A stretch of DNA of 64,000 nucleotides. It comes from Candidatus Latescibacterota bacterium. GTDB lineage: Bacteria; Latescibacterota; UBA2968; UBA8231. A model generated the notes under the pieces. It was not told where the DNA came from, made no database searches, and saw only the letters and a list, made by a program, of their open reading frames with translations. The position numbers and the translations under genes are program-made. The stretch is from contig OZ252098.1 of the NCBI GenBank assembly GCA_965248355.1, forward strand, positions 992,001-1,056,000, in the 5' to 3' direction. Below, in pieces: positions 28,801 through 36,844 of this stretch; position 1 is the first letter of the stretch; each line of letters starts with the position of its first letter.

Positions 28801-30263
28801 TCATCGTGCGGGCTACCGGCCTGCTCGGGGTGAGCTCCCGGGAGCAGCGGGTGACCGGGCTGGCCTCGGCCCTTACGGCGGGGAGATGGTTCCAGGACGA
28901 TCACGAATCCACCTGCCTGCTCTCGGACGGCATGGCCGAGGGGCTGGGAATCGGTCCCGGAGATGTGGGCCGGGCCCAGGTCCAGGTCTTCGGCCAGCGG
29001 CTGACCGTGGCCGGGGTCTTCTCGTCCGAGGCCTTCGACGAGGTTCGCGATCTCGACGACGAGCCCCTGAGTCCGGCGGACTTCCAGCTCTCGAGCATGC
29101 AGGCCCTGGGTCCGGTGGAGGGGCCGCAGATGCAGGTGCAGGAGGAGGAGGAGACCTACGAGGTCAGGCCCTTCGTCCACCTCGACCCGGCGAACGTGCT
29201 CATCCTGCCCTACGAGACCCTGAAGGTCTCCTTCGGCGACCTGCGCTCCGTGGCCATCCGGTTCGACGAGGGCGCCCCGGCCCGGGCCCTGATCGAGGAC
29301 TTCCTGCAGCGCATCTCGGGCACGATCTTCGCCGGCCTGCCGGACGAAGAGGGCCGCATCGACGTCGTGTCGTACACCTCTCTGGGCGGCACCTCGGTCG
29401 AGGGTCTGGCGGCCCTGACCGTGCCCATGCTGATCGCGGCCCTCATCGTCCTCAACACGATGATGGGCGCCGTGTACGAGCGCTTCCGGGAGATCGGCAT
29501 CTACTCCTCGGTGGGGCTGGCGCCCATGCACATCGCCCTGCTGTTCATCGCCGAGGCCTGCGTGTACGCGGTCATGGGGGTGACCCTGGGCTACCTGATC
29601 GGCCAGATCCTCGGAAGGTCGCTGGTGCAGTTCGACCTGCTGGGCGGCATGAACCTGAACTACTCCTCCTATGCCGCCATTCTCTCGGCCTGCATGGTCA
29701 TGGGCGTGGTGCTCCTGTCCACCATCTATCCGGCCCGCGTCGCCTCCCGGTCCGCCGTTCCCGACACGGTTCGGCGGTGGCGGCCGCCGCCGCCCGACGG
29801 CGATCGCTGGGCCTTCGACTTTCCCTTCATGGTGGGACAGAGCGAGGTAGTGGGGATCTGCGGGTTCCTGGCCAACTTCCTCAGCGCCTACAGCGAGGAG
29901 TCGATCGGCGACTTCTACGCCGACAAGGTGCGGATCACCACCGAGGAGACGCGCGCGGGCCGGGAGTACGCCGTGCAGCTGCTGCTGTGGCTGGCCCCCT
30001 TCGACATGGGCGTGAGCCAGTTCCTGCAGATCGAGCTGGCGCCCACCTCCACACCCGGCGTCTGCGACGTGCAGATCTACATCCACCGCCTGAGCGGCCA
30101 GGACACCTACTGGCAACGCGTCAACCGACGCTTCGTCAACCACCTGCGCAAGGAGTTCCTGATCTGGCATACCCTCGACACGGAGTCCAAGGCCTTCCAC
30201 GACCAGAGCGCGAGAGAGCGGATGGCGGCTGAGGCCACGACAGCAGCGGAGGCCACGACCTAA
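25812..30263 (+). CDS. Large fusion: signal peptide, PA/M28 peptidase-fold ectodomain (degenerate), extra TM helices, FtsX/MacB-like permease
   Basis: ASA|D signal; SRISGHEG..ASDWI, PA-like GRVVLMEF; ISNMRRRRLRTGLTL, AGRWF, LNTMMGAVYERFREIGIYSSVG..FIAEA. Confidence 0.82.
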   Translation: MTGPGSRFLVAAMAWLLLTAPASADGPDLWAVADEGERLRASVEYLSTVGSRISGHEGAQRASDWIERQLSTLGLGPVHRESFQITVPVELGGRSRLQVLETGEELDIYGLWPNGPRTTTTPPGGTEGLLTWAGGGEYADFEGRPLQGRVVLMEFNTWDRWVRLAALGARAVIFIEPEETSYPQTEDKSLMVPVDVPRFWIDAEAGRRLQRRLQGGDEIGVRLHSRMDWLERPCSNLWVEISGADTDLAGQRIVVQSYFDGTSIAPSLAPSAEVSSGAAAMLELARYLRDHPPARTVVLLLTGSHFQDRAGIVDFLERHTRKSDYYAPLTDSMAVDLFLGLDLSTKTDQVAIWNNTSSFDLKRFYVPFGRRYTRYAEEAAVELGRAGEPLLLNGISPIRGMDWSTFVPDGVRVDARMALRAGQVALSFVTAHDARFPVATPLDTPERMNLDNLRSQSRFLNRVLSRSFDDPDLFTGLEDFDPVLKDELRTHTVRVRGFPRRSQIPDRPVADALVMVGRWTHKGVNTSRAYLTGELGVATVSGLVVGATSVVAHVLDRETGEVVYAPDLSERAQKHHGKPLASGRMNWSIRWNKDSKPIVVFPSIQRTLFGLTHPNQLIGLASLKMIDSGGIAPRQFGYAFGHTMSSNLCVVFAPQEAAAEDPRLKMLFGDMLLINSPGGTSEKEAKGTGYDLAVDDLLPSELFALRDTWRLNDARLATMRSHAIENQRISRLHEAGRRFLASAEKALEEGRWRDYVAEVRSGLGVTLRAYPQVKGTLNDVIKGIVFFLALVMPTAFFGERLLFAAADIRWQLGGFALLLLIVWTLISQVHPAFDIAHPLIILLAFFIMVMAVFVMAMVSSRFNRFLKEYQAEKAKVHQTDISRVSATYAAFMLGISNMRRRRLRTGLTLLTLTLLTFTVLSFTSFRPEMWYFVFPLRHEGSYTGALIRDRGWSSLSETTLEYARSHFEEHGQVVPRNWYITYDDEEKKYTEIRRDSLIVRATGLLGVSSREQRVTGLASALTAGRWFQDDHESTCLLSDGMAEGLGIGPGDVGRAQVQVFGQRLTVAGVFSSEAFDEVRDLDDEPLSPADFQLSSMQALGPVEGPQMQVQEEEETYEVRPFVHLDPANVLILPYETLKVSFGDLRSVAIRFDEGAPARALIEDFLQRISGTIFAGLPDEEGRIDVVSYTSLGGTSVEGLAALTVPMLIAALIVLNTMMGAVYERFREIGIYSSVGLAPMHIALLFIAEACVYAVMGVTLGYLIGQILGRSLVQFDLLGGMNLNYSSYAAILSACMVMGVVLLSTIYPARVASRSAVPDTVRRWRPPPPDGDRWAFDFPFMVGQSEVVGICGFLANFLSAYSEESIGDFYADKVRITTEETRAGREYAVQLLLWLAPFDMGVSQFLQIELAPTSTPGVCDVQIYIHRLSGQDTYWQRVNRRFVNHLRKEFLIWHTLDTESKAFHDQSARERMAAEATTAAEATT

Positions 30264-30267
30264 GGCC

Positions 30268-32964
30268 ATGGCCGAGAACGGAAAGCAGAGCCTGCGCCAG
30301 CGGCTGCGCAGGAGCCAGTGGCAGGAGGTGGAGGAGTACCGCGCCCTGCTGGAGCCCGCCGAGCAGTTCGAGAGCGGCTTCACCATGCGCACCATCATCG
30401 GCGTCATCTTCATCTCCCTGGTCATGACCCCGGGGGAGATGTACCTGGGCCTGGTCACCGGCGGGGGCATCGGCGCCGCGGCCCAGTGGGTGACGGTGAT
30501 CCTCTTCCTGGAGGTGGCCAAGCGGTCCTTCACCTCCCTGCGCCGCCAGGAGATCTACCTGCTGGTGTACGTGGCCTCGGCCCTGGTGGCCCGGGAGGAG
30601 GGGGCCTTCCTCGACCTGCTCTTCCGCCAGTACTTCGTGCGCTCCGCCGAGGCCGAGCAGTTCGGCATCTCCAAGCTGCTGCCGTACTGGTACGTGCCCC
30701 ATCCCGAGTCGCCCGCCCTGGCGGCGCGCACCTTCCTGCACCGCGACTGGCTGTGGCCCATCGCCCTGCTGATCATGGGAACCATCGTCGGCCGCATAAG
30801 CTGGTTCACCTCCGGGTACCTCCTCTTCCGCCTGACCTCGGACCGCGAGCGCCTGCCCTTTCCCACGGCCCCCATGTCGGCCCTCTCGGCCATGGCCCTG
30901 GCCGAGGAGAGCGGCGGGGAGAAGGAGACCTGGAAGTGGCCCGTGTTCTCCCTGGGAGGGGTCATGGGCGCCCTCTTCGGCATGATCTACGTGGGCATCC
31001 CTACCCTCACCGAGGTCCTGCAGGGAAAGAAGATCACCCTCATCCCGATCCCCTTCTGGGACCTCACGCCGTACTTCGGCAACCTGCTGCCAGCCGCGCC
31101 CATAGGGATCACCCTCCACCTCGGGATCATCTTCGGCGGCCTCCTGGCCCCGTTCTGGGGGATCGTCGGGTCCAGCGCCGGCGTGATCATGCACACCGCG
31201 GTGAGCCCCATCCTGCACGCCCACGGCCTGCTGCCGAGCTGGTCCCTGGGCATGGACCTGATCGGCACGTCCATCGTCACCGGGATCGACTTCTGGAGAG
31301 CCTTCTCCATCGGCATCACCATCGCCGTCACTATCATCAGCTTCTACCAGCTCTTCGCTACCGCCCGTCAGCGGCGGCTGTCAACGCGCGACGAGTTCCT
31401 CGGGGAGCGGCGCGAGTACCCGCGGACCTGCGTCCACGACGGCTGCAACGCCCCCTCCCAGGTGCGCGGCTACTGCCTCAAGCACCTCGGCCGGGGGGAC
31501 TTCAACCTCTGGGTCTGCGTCGTCCTCTTCGCCATGGCCGCCCTCTACCCCATCGTGCTCGCCAAAACCCTCTTCCCGGCCCTGGTGACGACCGGCCTGC
31601 TCGTCGTGTTCTTCGGCATCGCCTTCGTGTACGCGCCCATCATGTCCTTCGTCTCGGCCCGTCTCGACGGCCTCATCGGCCGCGAGGTGTCGATCCCGTA
31701 CATCAACGAGGCCATCATCTTCCTCACCGGGTACCGGGGCGTCGACATCTGGTTCGTGCCCTTCCCGACCCGCAACTACGGAGGCCACGCCGAGGGCTTC
31801 CGCGTCGTCGAGCTGACGGGCATGCGCTTCACCAGCCTGCTGCAGGCGGAGCTGTTCATGCTGCCCATCGTCTTCGGCGTGAGCCTCATGTACTGGAGCT
31901 TCCTGTGGCGCCTCGGCCCGATACCGTCCGAGAGCTATCCCTACGCGCAGCTCATGTGGCCGCTGCAGGCCTTCAACCAGGCCTTCTACTACTCCAGCAC
32001 GATGTACAACAAGATGTGGCGGGCGGGAGAGGAGGTGGACGGGCGCCGCGTCGACGGGGGGGAGGTGGTCTGGAGCCCATCCAACCTGCAGGACCGGGAA
32101 TGGTGGTACTGGCGGGTGCGGGTCACGGACGACGTGGAGGTGCCGGACGCGGAGAGGCGTGATTACGGCCCGTGGTCGAAGACGGGGTACTTCTACACGA
32201 ACTTCGGTGACGGCACACCGCCGTCAGGCGTGCCGGAGCGCGTCCTCGACGCCCTCGCCGACGTGGCGCGGAGAGCGGAGATGAAGGCTCACCCGTCTCG
32301 AGCCCCGCCTGAACCGGCAGCCGCCGAGCCCAAGGCCGAGTTGCTCTGGCCCGCCCCGGGCGAGGTCGTGGCCACGCCGAATCCCAACTTCCACGCCCGC
32401 GTGCCGGCGGTGCCGGACTCGCTCGAGCTCTACTTCGAGGTGGACAGGCTGCCCACCTTCGACGGGGAGTGGCTCCAGCGCTCCACGGACTGGCCCCTCA
32501 TGTTCCTGGCCTTGTGGCGTGACGTGCGCTACACGGGCGACCGGCGCGACAACGACGGCGACGGCCTCGTCGACGAGGAGCTCTTCAACCTGGCCGACGA
32601 CGATGGCGACGGGGTGGCCGACGAGGACTTCCGTCACCCCCTCGACGGCTGGAAGTGGCCCATCATGGTCTTCGGCGCCGGCTTCGGATTGGTCATGTAC
32701 TTCGGCCTCTCCTTCCTCGGACTGCCCGTCTTCCTGATCTGGGGGTACGTGCAGAGCGTCCTGGGTATCCCCACCAGTCTCCTGCCCCAGATCTTCGGGG
32801 CCCTCCTCGCCCGGTTCTACTTCTGGAAGCGCTACGGCAGGCAGGAATGGCGCCGCTACGCCATGGTGCTGACCGTCGGCTTCGGTGTGGGCATGTCCCT
32901 CATCGGCATGTTCTGCGCCGCCCTGGCCATGGTCAGCAAGGCGGTCTCGGCCCTGCAGTACTGA
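30268..32964 (+). CDS. OPT-like peptide-transporter membrane protein with Zn-finger, FN3-like and acidic inserts
   Basis: FESGFTMRTIIG..MYLGLVTG, ERLPFPTA, many TM helices; inserts CVHDGC..RGYCLKH, YWRVRV..GPWS, DNDGDGLVDEE. Confidence 0.78.
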   Translation: MAENGKQSLRQRLRRSQWQEVEEYRALLEPAEQFESGFTMRTIIGVIFISLVMTPGEMYLGLVTGGGIGAAAQWVTVILFLEVAKRSFTSLRRQEIYLLVYVASALVAREEGAFLDLLFRQYFVRSAEAEQFGISKLLPYWYVPHPESPALAARTFLHRDWLWPIALLIMGTIVGRISWFTSGYLLFRLTSDRERLPFPTAPMSALSAMALAEESGGEKETWKWPVFSLGGVMGALFGMIYVGIPTLTEVLQGKKITLIPIPFWDLTPYFGNLLPAAPIGITLHLGIIFGGLLAPFWGIVGSSAGVIMHTAVSPILHAHGLLPSWSLGMDLIGTSIVTGIDFWRAFSIGITIAVTIISFYQLFATARQRRLSTRDEFLGERREYPRTCVHDGCNAPSQVRGYCLKHLGRGDFNLWVCVVLFAMAALYPIVLAKTLFPALVTTGLLVVFFGIAFVYAPIMSFVSARLDGLIGREVSIPYINEAIIFLTGYRGVDIWFVPFPTRNYGGHAEGFRVVELTGMRFTSLLQAELFMLPIVFGVSLMYWSFLWRLGPIPSESYPYAQLMWPLQAFNQAFYYSSTMYNKMWRAGEEVDGRRVDGGEVVWSPSNLQDREWWYWRVRVTDDVEVPDAERRDYGPWSKTGYFYTNFGDGTPPSGVPERVLDALADVARRAEMKAHPSRAPPEPAAAEPKAELLWPAPGEVVATPNPNFHARVPAVPDSLELYFEVDRLPTFDGEWLQRSTDWPLMFLALWRDVRYTGDRRDNDGDGLVDEELFNLADDDGDGVADEDFRHPLDGWKWPIMVFGAGFGLVMYFGLSFLGLPVFLIWGYVQSVLGIPTSLLPQIFGALLARFYFWKRYGRQEWRRYAMVLTVGFGVGMSLIGMFCAALAMVSKAVSALQY

Positions 32965-32971
32965 CAGCCCC

Positions 32972-34078
32972 TCAGGGGTGCTCTCCGGGACTCGCCATGC
33001 CATTGGCCCGCGGTCCCTTTTCCCGGCGCGAGCGGCGGCGCCGCTGCAACATGGTCGGAAGTCCGACGGCCAGGTAGGTGAGGTTGGCCAGGGCGTGGAC
33101 GGTCGTGGCGCAGGCCATGGCCGCCGCCAGGGGCACGGCGAAGAGCACGTGGAGGGAGTATCCGTAGAAGTAGTGGTATGGCCCCGTGCCGGCCGGCGCA
33201 GGGATCACCACCCCGATGGACGAGACGGCCATGACGACGAGGGACTCCGCCGCCCCCAGGACCCAGGGCGGGCGGTCGAAGCCGAAGGCCACGTACGACT
33301 GGTAGATGATCATGATGTACGCCAGGTTCAGCAGACAGGAGCTGACCAGGATCTCGAGGCAGGCGGAGGCGGAGCGGAGGGCCAGGAGTCCCTCGACGAA
33401 CCTTTCGAGCATGCCGCCCGCGCTCGAGGCCAGTCTCGGGGACACGCGGCCCAGCAACAGCTCAAGCGTGGAAACTCCGCGGTTCCCGAAGGCGTAGGCG
33501 AAGGCCATGCCGCCCACCACGAGAACGCAGACGGCGAGGACGCAGAGCGTGACCTGGTCCAGGGAAAGGCTCAGGGTGAGCCCCCAGAGGGTTGTCTCCC
33601 AGGGAAAGAGAGTGGCCATGCGTCCCGGCACGAGGACCAGGGAGAGAGCCAGCAGGGAGGCGAGGCACAGCAGGTCCAGCGCGCGCTCCACGACCACCGT
33701 GCCGAGGACCGCGCTGACGCTGGCGTCGCGGCGCCACTTGAGGCTCAGCGCCCGCGCCGCTTCTCCGGCCCGGGGAAAGACCAGGTTGGCGCTGTAGCAG
33801 ATGCCCAGGGCCAGAGTGGCGTCGACCACGGTCACCGCGGGCGCCACCGGGCGCAGCAAGACCACCCAGCGCCACCCGCGCAGCAGGAGGGTGAGAACGG
33901 TGGTGCCCGCCATGGCGGCCATCCACCACGGCGAGACCGCCCGCGCCGCCGTCCATAGGGACGCCCCGTCGATCCCCTGAAAGGCCCAGTAGAGGAAGAG
34001 GGCCATCAGGCCGAAGCCGACCGCGTATCGGGTGAGGCCCTTCACGCGGCGGCCCACCTCGAAGGGGCCCCGGTCCAC
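32972..34078 (-). CDS. Lysylphosphatidylglycerol synthase TM / flippase-like (UPF0104) membrane protein
   Basis: RGWRW..LL, NLVFPRAGEAAR, GTVVVERALD, IPAPAGTGPYH. Confidence 0.85.
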   Translation of the reverse strand: MDRGPFEVGRRVKGLTRYAVGFGLMALFLYWAFQGIDGASLWTAARAVSPWWMAAMAGTTVLTLLLRGWRWVVLLRPVAPAVTVVDATLALGICYSANLVFPRAGEAARALSLKWRRDASVSAVLGTVVVERALDLLCLASLLALSLVLVPGRMATLFPWETTLWGLTLSLSLDQVTLCVLAVCVLVVGGMAFAYAFGNRGVSTLELLLGRVSPRLASSAGGMLERFVEGLLALRSASACLEILVSSCLLNLAYIMIIYQSYVAFGFDRPPWVLGAAESLVVMAVSSIGVVIPAPAGTGPYHYFYGYSLHVLFAVPLAAAMACATTVHALANLTYLAVGLPTMLQRRRRSRREKGPRANGMASPGEHP

Positions 34079-34085
34079 AGGCGGA

Positions 34086-34469
34086 TCAGGTGTAGACCTG
34101 GTCGGGGTCGAAGAGGCGCTCGTCCACCACTTCCCAGCGCTGCTGTTCGCCGTTCCAACGCCTGTAGTAGCAGGAGTAGTATCCTCGGAAACAGGCGGCT
34201 ACTTCCTGATCGACGCGAATCTCGAGGGAGTTGCCGTCGCAGTTGAGACGGATCTCGCGCACCCTCTGCACGTGTCCGGAGTCGACGCCCTTCTTCTGCA
34301 CCCGTTCCTTCGACCGCCGGTACACGTGCACCAGGCCCGTTTCGAGGGTGAGCTCCAGGGCCTCCCGGTTCAGGAAGCAGAGCACCAGGAGGCGTCCCGT
34401 TTCCCCATCGGTGACCGCCGCGGGCACCAGACCATCGGATCCGAACTCGACGTCGCCGGTGAGACTCAT
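34086..34469 (-). CDS. hisI: Phosphoribosyl-AMP cyclohydrolase (stand-alone, divergent motifs)
   Basis: DGLVPA, NREAL..TLETG, KG..SGHVQ, NCDGNSL, AC..G..SC. Confidence 0.8.
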   Translation of the reverse strand: MSLTGDVEFGSDGLVPAAVTDGETGRLLVLCFLNREALELTLETGLVHVYRRSKERVQKKGVDSGHVQRVREIRLNCDGNSLEIRVDQEVAACFRGYYSCYYRRWNGEQQRWEVVDERLFDPDQVYT

Positions 34470-34520
34470 GGCCACCTCATGGGGAGGGGATCTTCCCTTT
34501 TCTCAAGGAGACCGTCAACG

Positions 34521-35261
34521 TCACTCCAGGAGGTCTTCGGCCACGTCCGCCACGAGGGTGCCGGCGTTCTCTCCCTCGCAGATCCTCTCCACCGTGCCTG
34601 TCTCCGTGACGTCGAAGACGTGCAGGGGCAGGCCGTTGTCCCTGGCGAGGATGACGGCCGTCTGATCGATGACCCGCAGGTTGCGGCGCAGGATCGTGTT
34701 GTAGTGCATGCGCCGGTACATTCGCGCCTGCGGATCGGTCTTCGGATCGGAAGTGAACACCCCCCGGGCGTCGTTCTTGGCGTAGAGGATGGCGTTGGAG
34801 CGCGTCTCGAGGGCGCGCTGCACGGCCGGGTAGTCGGTGGTCAGGTACGGCTGGCCGAGCCCCCCGGCGAAGATGACCACGTACCCCTTGTCCAGATGGT
34901 GGATCGCCCGCAGACGGATATAGGGTTCGGCCACGGTGTTGATCTCGATCGCCGTCATCACCCGGACCTCCACGTCGCCCCCGGACTTGGACGTCAGCAC
35001 GCCGCGCAGCATCAGGCTGTTCACCACGGTGCCCATCATGCCGATGTTGTCGGCCTCGGCGCGCTCGATGCCCCAGTTCGAGGAGAGGTCGCCGCGGAAG
35101 ATGTTTCCGCCCCCGATAACGACCGAGACCTGCACCCCGCAAGCGTGAAGGCGGAGCACTTCGTTGGCGATGTGGTCGAGGGCGGCGTGATCGAATCCGT
35201 ATTCCTGCCCGCCGGAGACCGCCTCGCCGCTGAGTTTGAGAGTCACGCGTCGGTAGCGCAT
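34521..35261 (-). CDS. pyrH: UMP kinase
   Basis: LKLSGEA, GGGNIFRG, ADNIGMMGT, GQPYLTTD, GVFTSDP. Confidence 0.93.
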   Translation of the reverse strand: MRYRRVTLKLSGEAVSGGQEYGFDHAALDHIANEVLRLHACGVQVSVVIGGGNIFRGDLSSNWGIERAEADNIGMMGTVVNSLMLRGVLTSKSGGDVEVRVMTAIEINTVAEPYIRLRAIHHLDKGYVVIFAGGLGQPYLTTDYPAVQRALETRSNAILYAKNDARGVFTSDPKTDPQARMYRRMHYNTILRRNLRVIDQTAVILARDNGLPLHVFDVTETGTVERICEGENAGTLVADVAEDLLE

Positions 35262-35295
35262 GGATGCCTGGGAACAGGGTTGGACGGGAAGGAAC

Positions 35296-36735
35296 TCAAA
35301 GAAGGGGACTCTTCTCGACCTGGTTCGCCGCCGGCCACCTGGCCACCAGGTCGTCCACGCGGCGCGAGAACCGATCGACCTGATCGGCGGCGAGCCCCAC
35401 GAAGTCGGCGCTGCGGGACAGCAAGTCTTCGATCTGGTCCGTGCTCAGGGGCACCCGGTCGTCGCCACCGAGGCGCCGGGCCAGGTCGTTGTCCGTGGCG
35501 CCATGTTCCCGCAAGGCCAGGGCGGCCGCCACCGCGTGCTCCCCGATGGCTTCGTGGACCTCCTCTCGGCCTCCGCCTCGGCGGAGGGATTCCATCAGCA
35601 GCGTCGTCGTGGCCAGGAAGGGCAGGTAGCGCTCGAGCTCGCGTGCCAGGACCACCTCGTACACGCCCATGTCATCGACGACGTGAAGGGCCGTCTCCAG
35701 CAGGCCGTCGAAGGCGAAGAAGCTGTCGGGCAGGGCCACGCGGCGCACGACCGAGCAGGAGACGTCGCCCTCGAACCACTGGTCTCCCACGAGGCCGCCG
35801 AGCATGTGCACGTAGCCGCCAAGGACGACCTGCAGGCCGTTGATCCGCTCGGCGCTGCGCGTGTTCATCTTGTGCGGCATGGCCGAGGAGCCCACCTGGC
35901 CGCGGGCGAAGCCCTCGGTGGCGCTCTCCGCCCCGGCCATCAGCCGCAGGGTGCGGGCCAGGTTGGCCATGCCGCCGCCCATCTGGTAGAGGCAGCTCAC
36001 AACCTCGAAGTCGAGGCCGCGAGGGTAGATCTGTCCCACCGATTCGATCCGGCCCTCGAACCCGAGATGAGCCCGGACTCGTTCCTGCAACTCCTCCACC
36101 TTGTCCGCCTCGCCTTCGAACAGGGTGAGCTGGTCGAGTCCGGTGCCCACGGCGCCCTGCAGACCCCGCAATGGGTACGAGCCGATGAGAGAATCGAGCC
36201 GCCGGAAGGCGATCAGCATCTCCTCGCCGAAGGCTGCCAGACGCTTGCCCATGGTCGTCGGCTGGGCCGCTGCGTGGTGGGTGCGAGCCACGATGGGCAG
36301 ATCCCGCCACTCGACGGCCCGGCTCCGGAGGCGTTCGAGGAGGTGGACGTACTTGGGGGCCAGCAGGCGCAGGCTGGTGAGGACCTGGAACTGCTCGGCG
36401 TTGTCCGTCAGGTCCCGGCTCGTCATGCCCTTGTGGATCTGCTCGTGGCCGGCCAGGGCGCAGAACTCCTCGATGCGGGCTTTCACGTCGTGGCGGGTCC
36501 GGGCCTCGCGGCGGCGGATCGAGACGAGATCGACCTGATCGGCCACCGCCTCGTAGGCCTCGACGGCGCCGGACGGCACCTCGAGCCCGAGGTCGCCCTG
36601 AGCCTTGAGCACGGCGATCCAGAGGCGCCGCTCGAGCCGTACCTTGCCCTCTTCCGACCACACCGCCCGCACCGCGGGACTGGCGTAGCGGCTGGCCAGT
36701 ACGTTCGGATTCGAGTCCGGCCTTGGGTGAGTCAA
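35296..36735 (-). CDS. purB: Adenylosuccinate lyase (start estimated)
   Basis: NVLASRYAS, TRHDVKA, HKGMTSRD, RTHH.AAQPTT, GSSAMPHKMN. Confidence 0.94.
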   Translation of the reverse strand: MTHPRPDSNPNVLASRYASPAVRAVWSEEGKVRLERRLWIAVLKAQGDLGLEVPSGAVEAYEAVADQVDLVSIRRREARTRHDVKARIEEFCALAGHEQIHKGMTSRDLTDNAEQFQVLTSLRLLAPKYVHLLERLRSRAVEWRDLPIVARTHHAAAQPTTMGKRLAAFGEEMLIAFRRLDSLIGSYPLRGLQGAVGTGLDQLTLFEGEADKVEELQERVRAHLGFEGRIESVGQIYPRGLDFEVVSCLYQMGGGMANLARTLRLMAGAESATEGFARGQVGSSAMPHKMNTRSAERINGLQVVLGGYVHMLGGLVGDQWFEGDVSCSVVRRVALPDSFFAFDGLLETALHVVDDMGVYEVVLARELERYLPFLATTTLLMESLRRGGGREEVHEAIGEHAVAAALALREHGATDNDLARRLGGDDRVPLSTDQIEDLLSRSADFVGLAADQVDRFSRRVDDLVARWPAANQVEKSPLL

Positions 36736-36844
36736 GATTCGAGTTCTGGGGACCGGGGAGAGCGCCAGCGGGAACGACGGAAAAGGAATCATAGCGATTC
36801 CCTCATCCAGTCGCTACCGACCCGGCCGGCAGCTCCGCCGTGCG

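Noticed and set aside
26712..30533. 1273-aa minus-strand ORF and many similar long antisense ORFs
   Set aside because: Mirror frames of GC3-biased sense genes; no recognisable domains or RBS.
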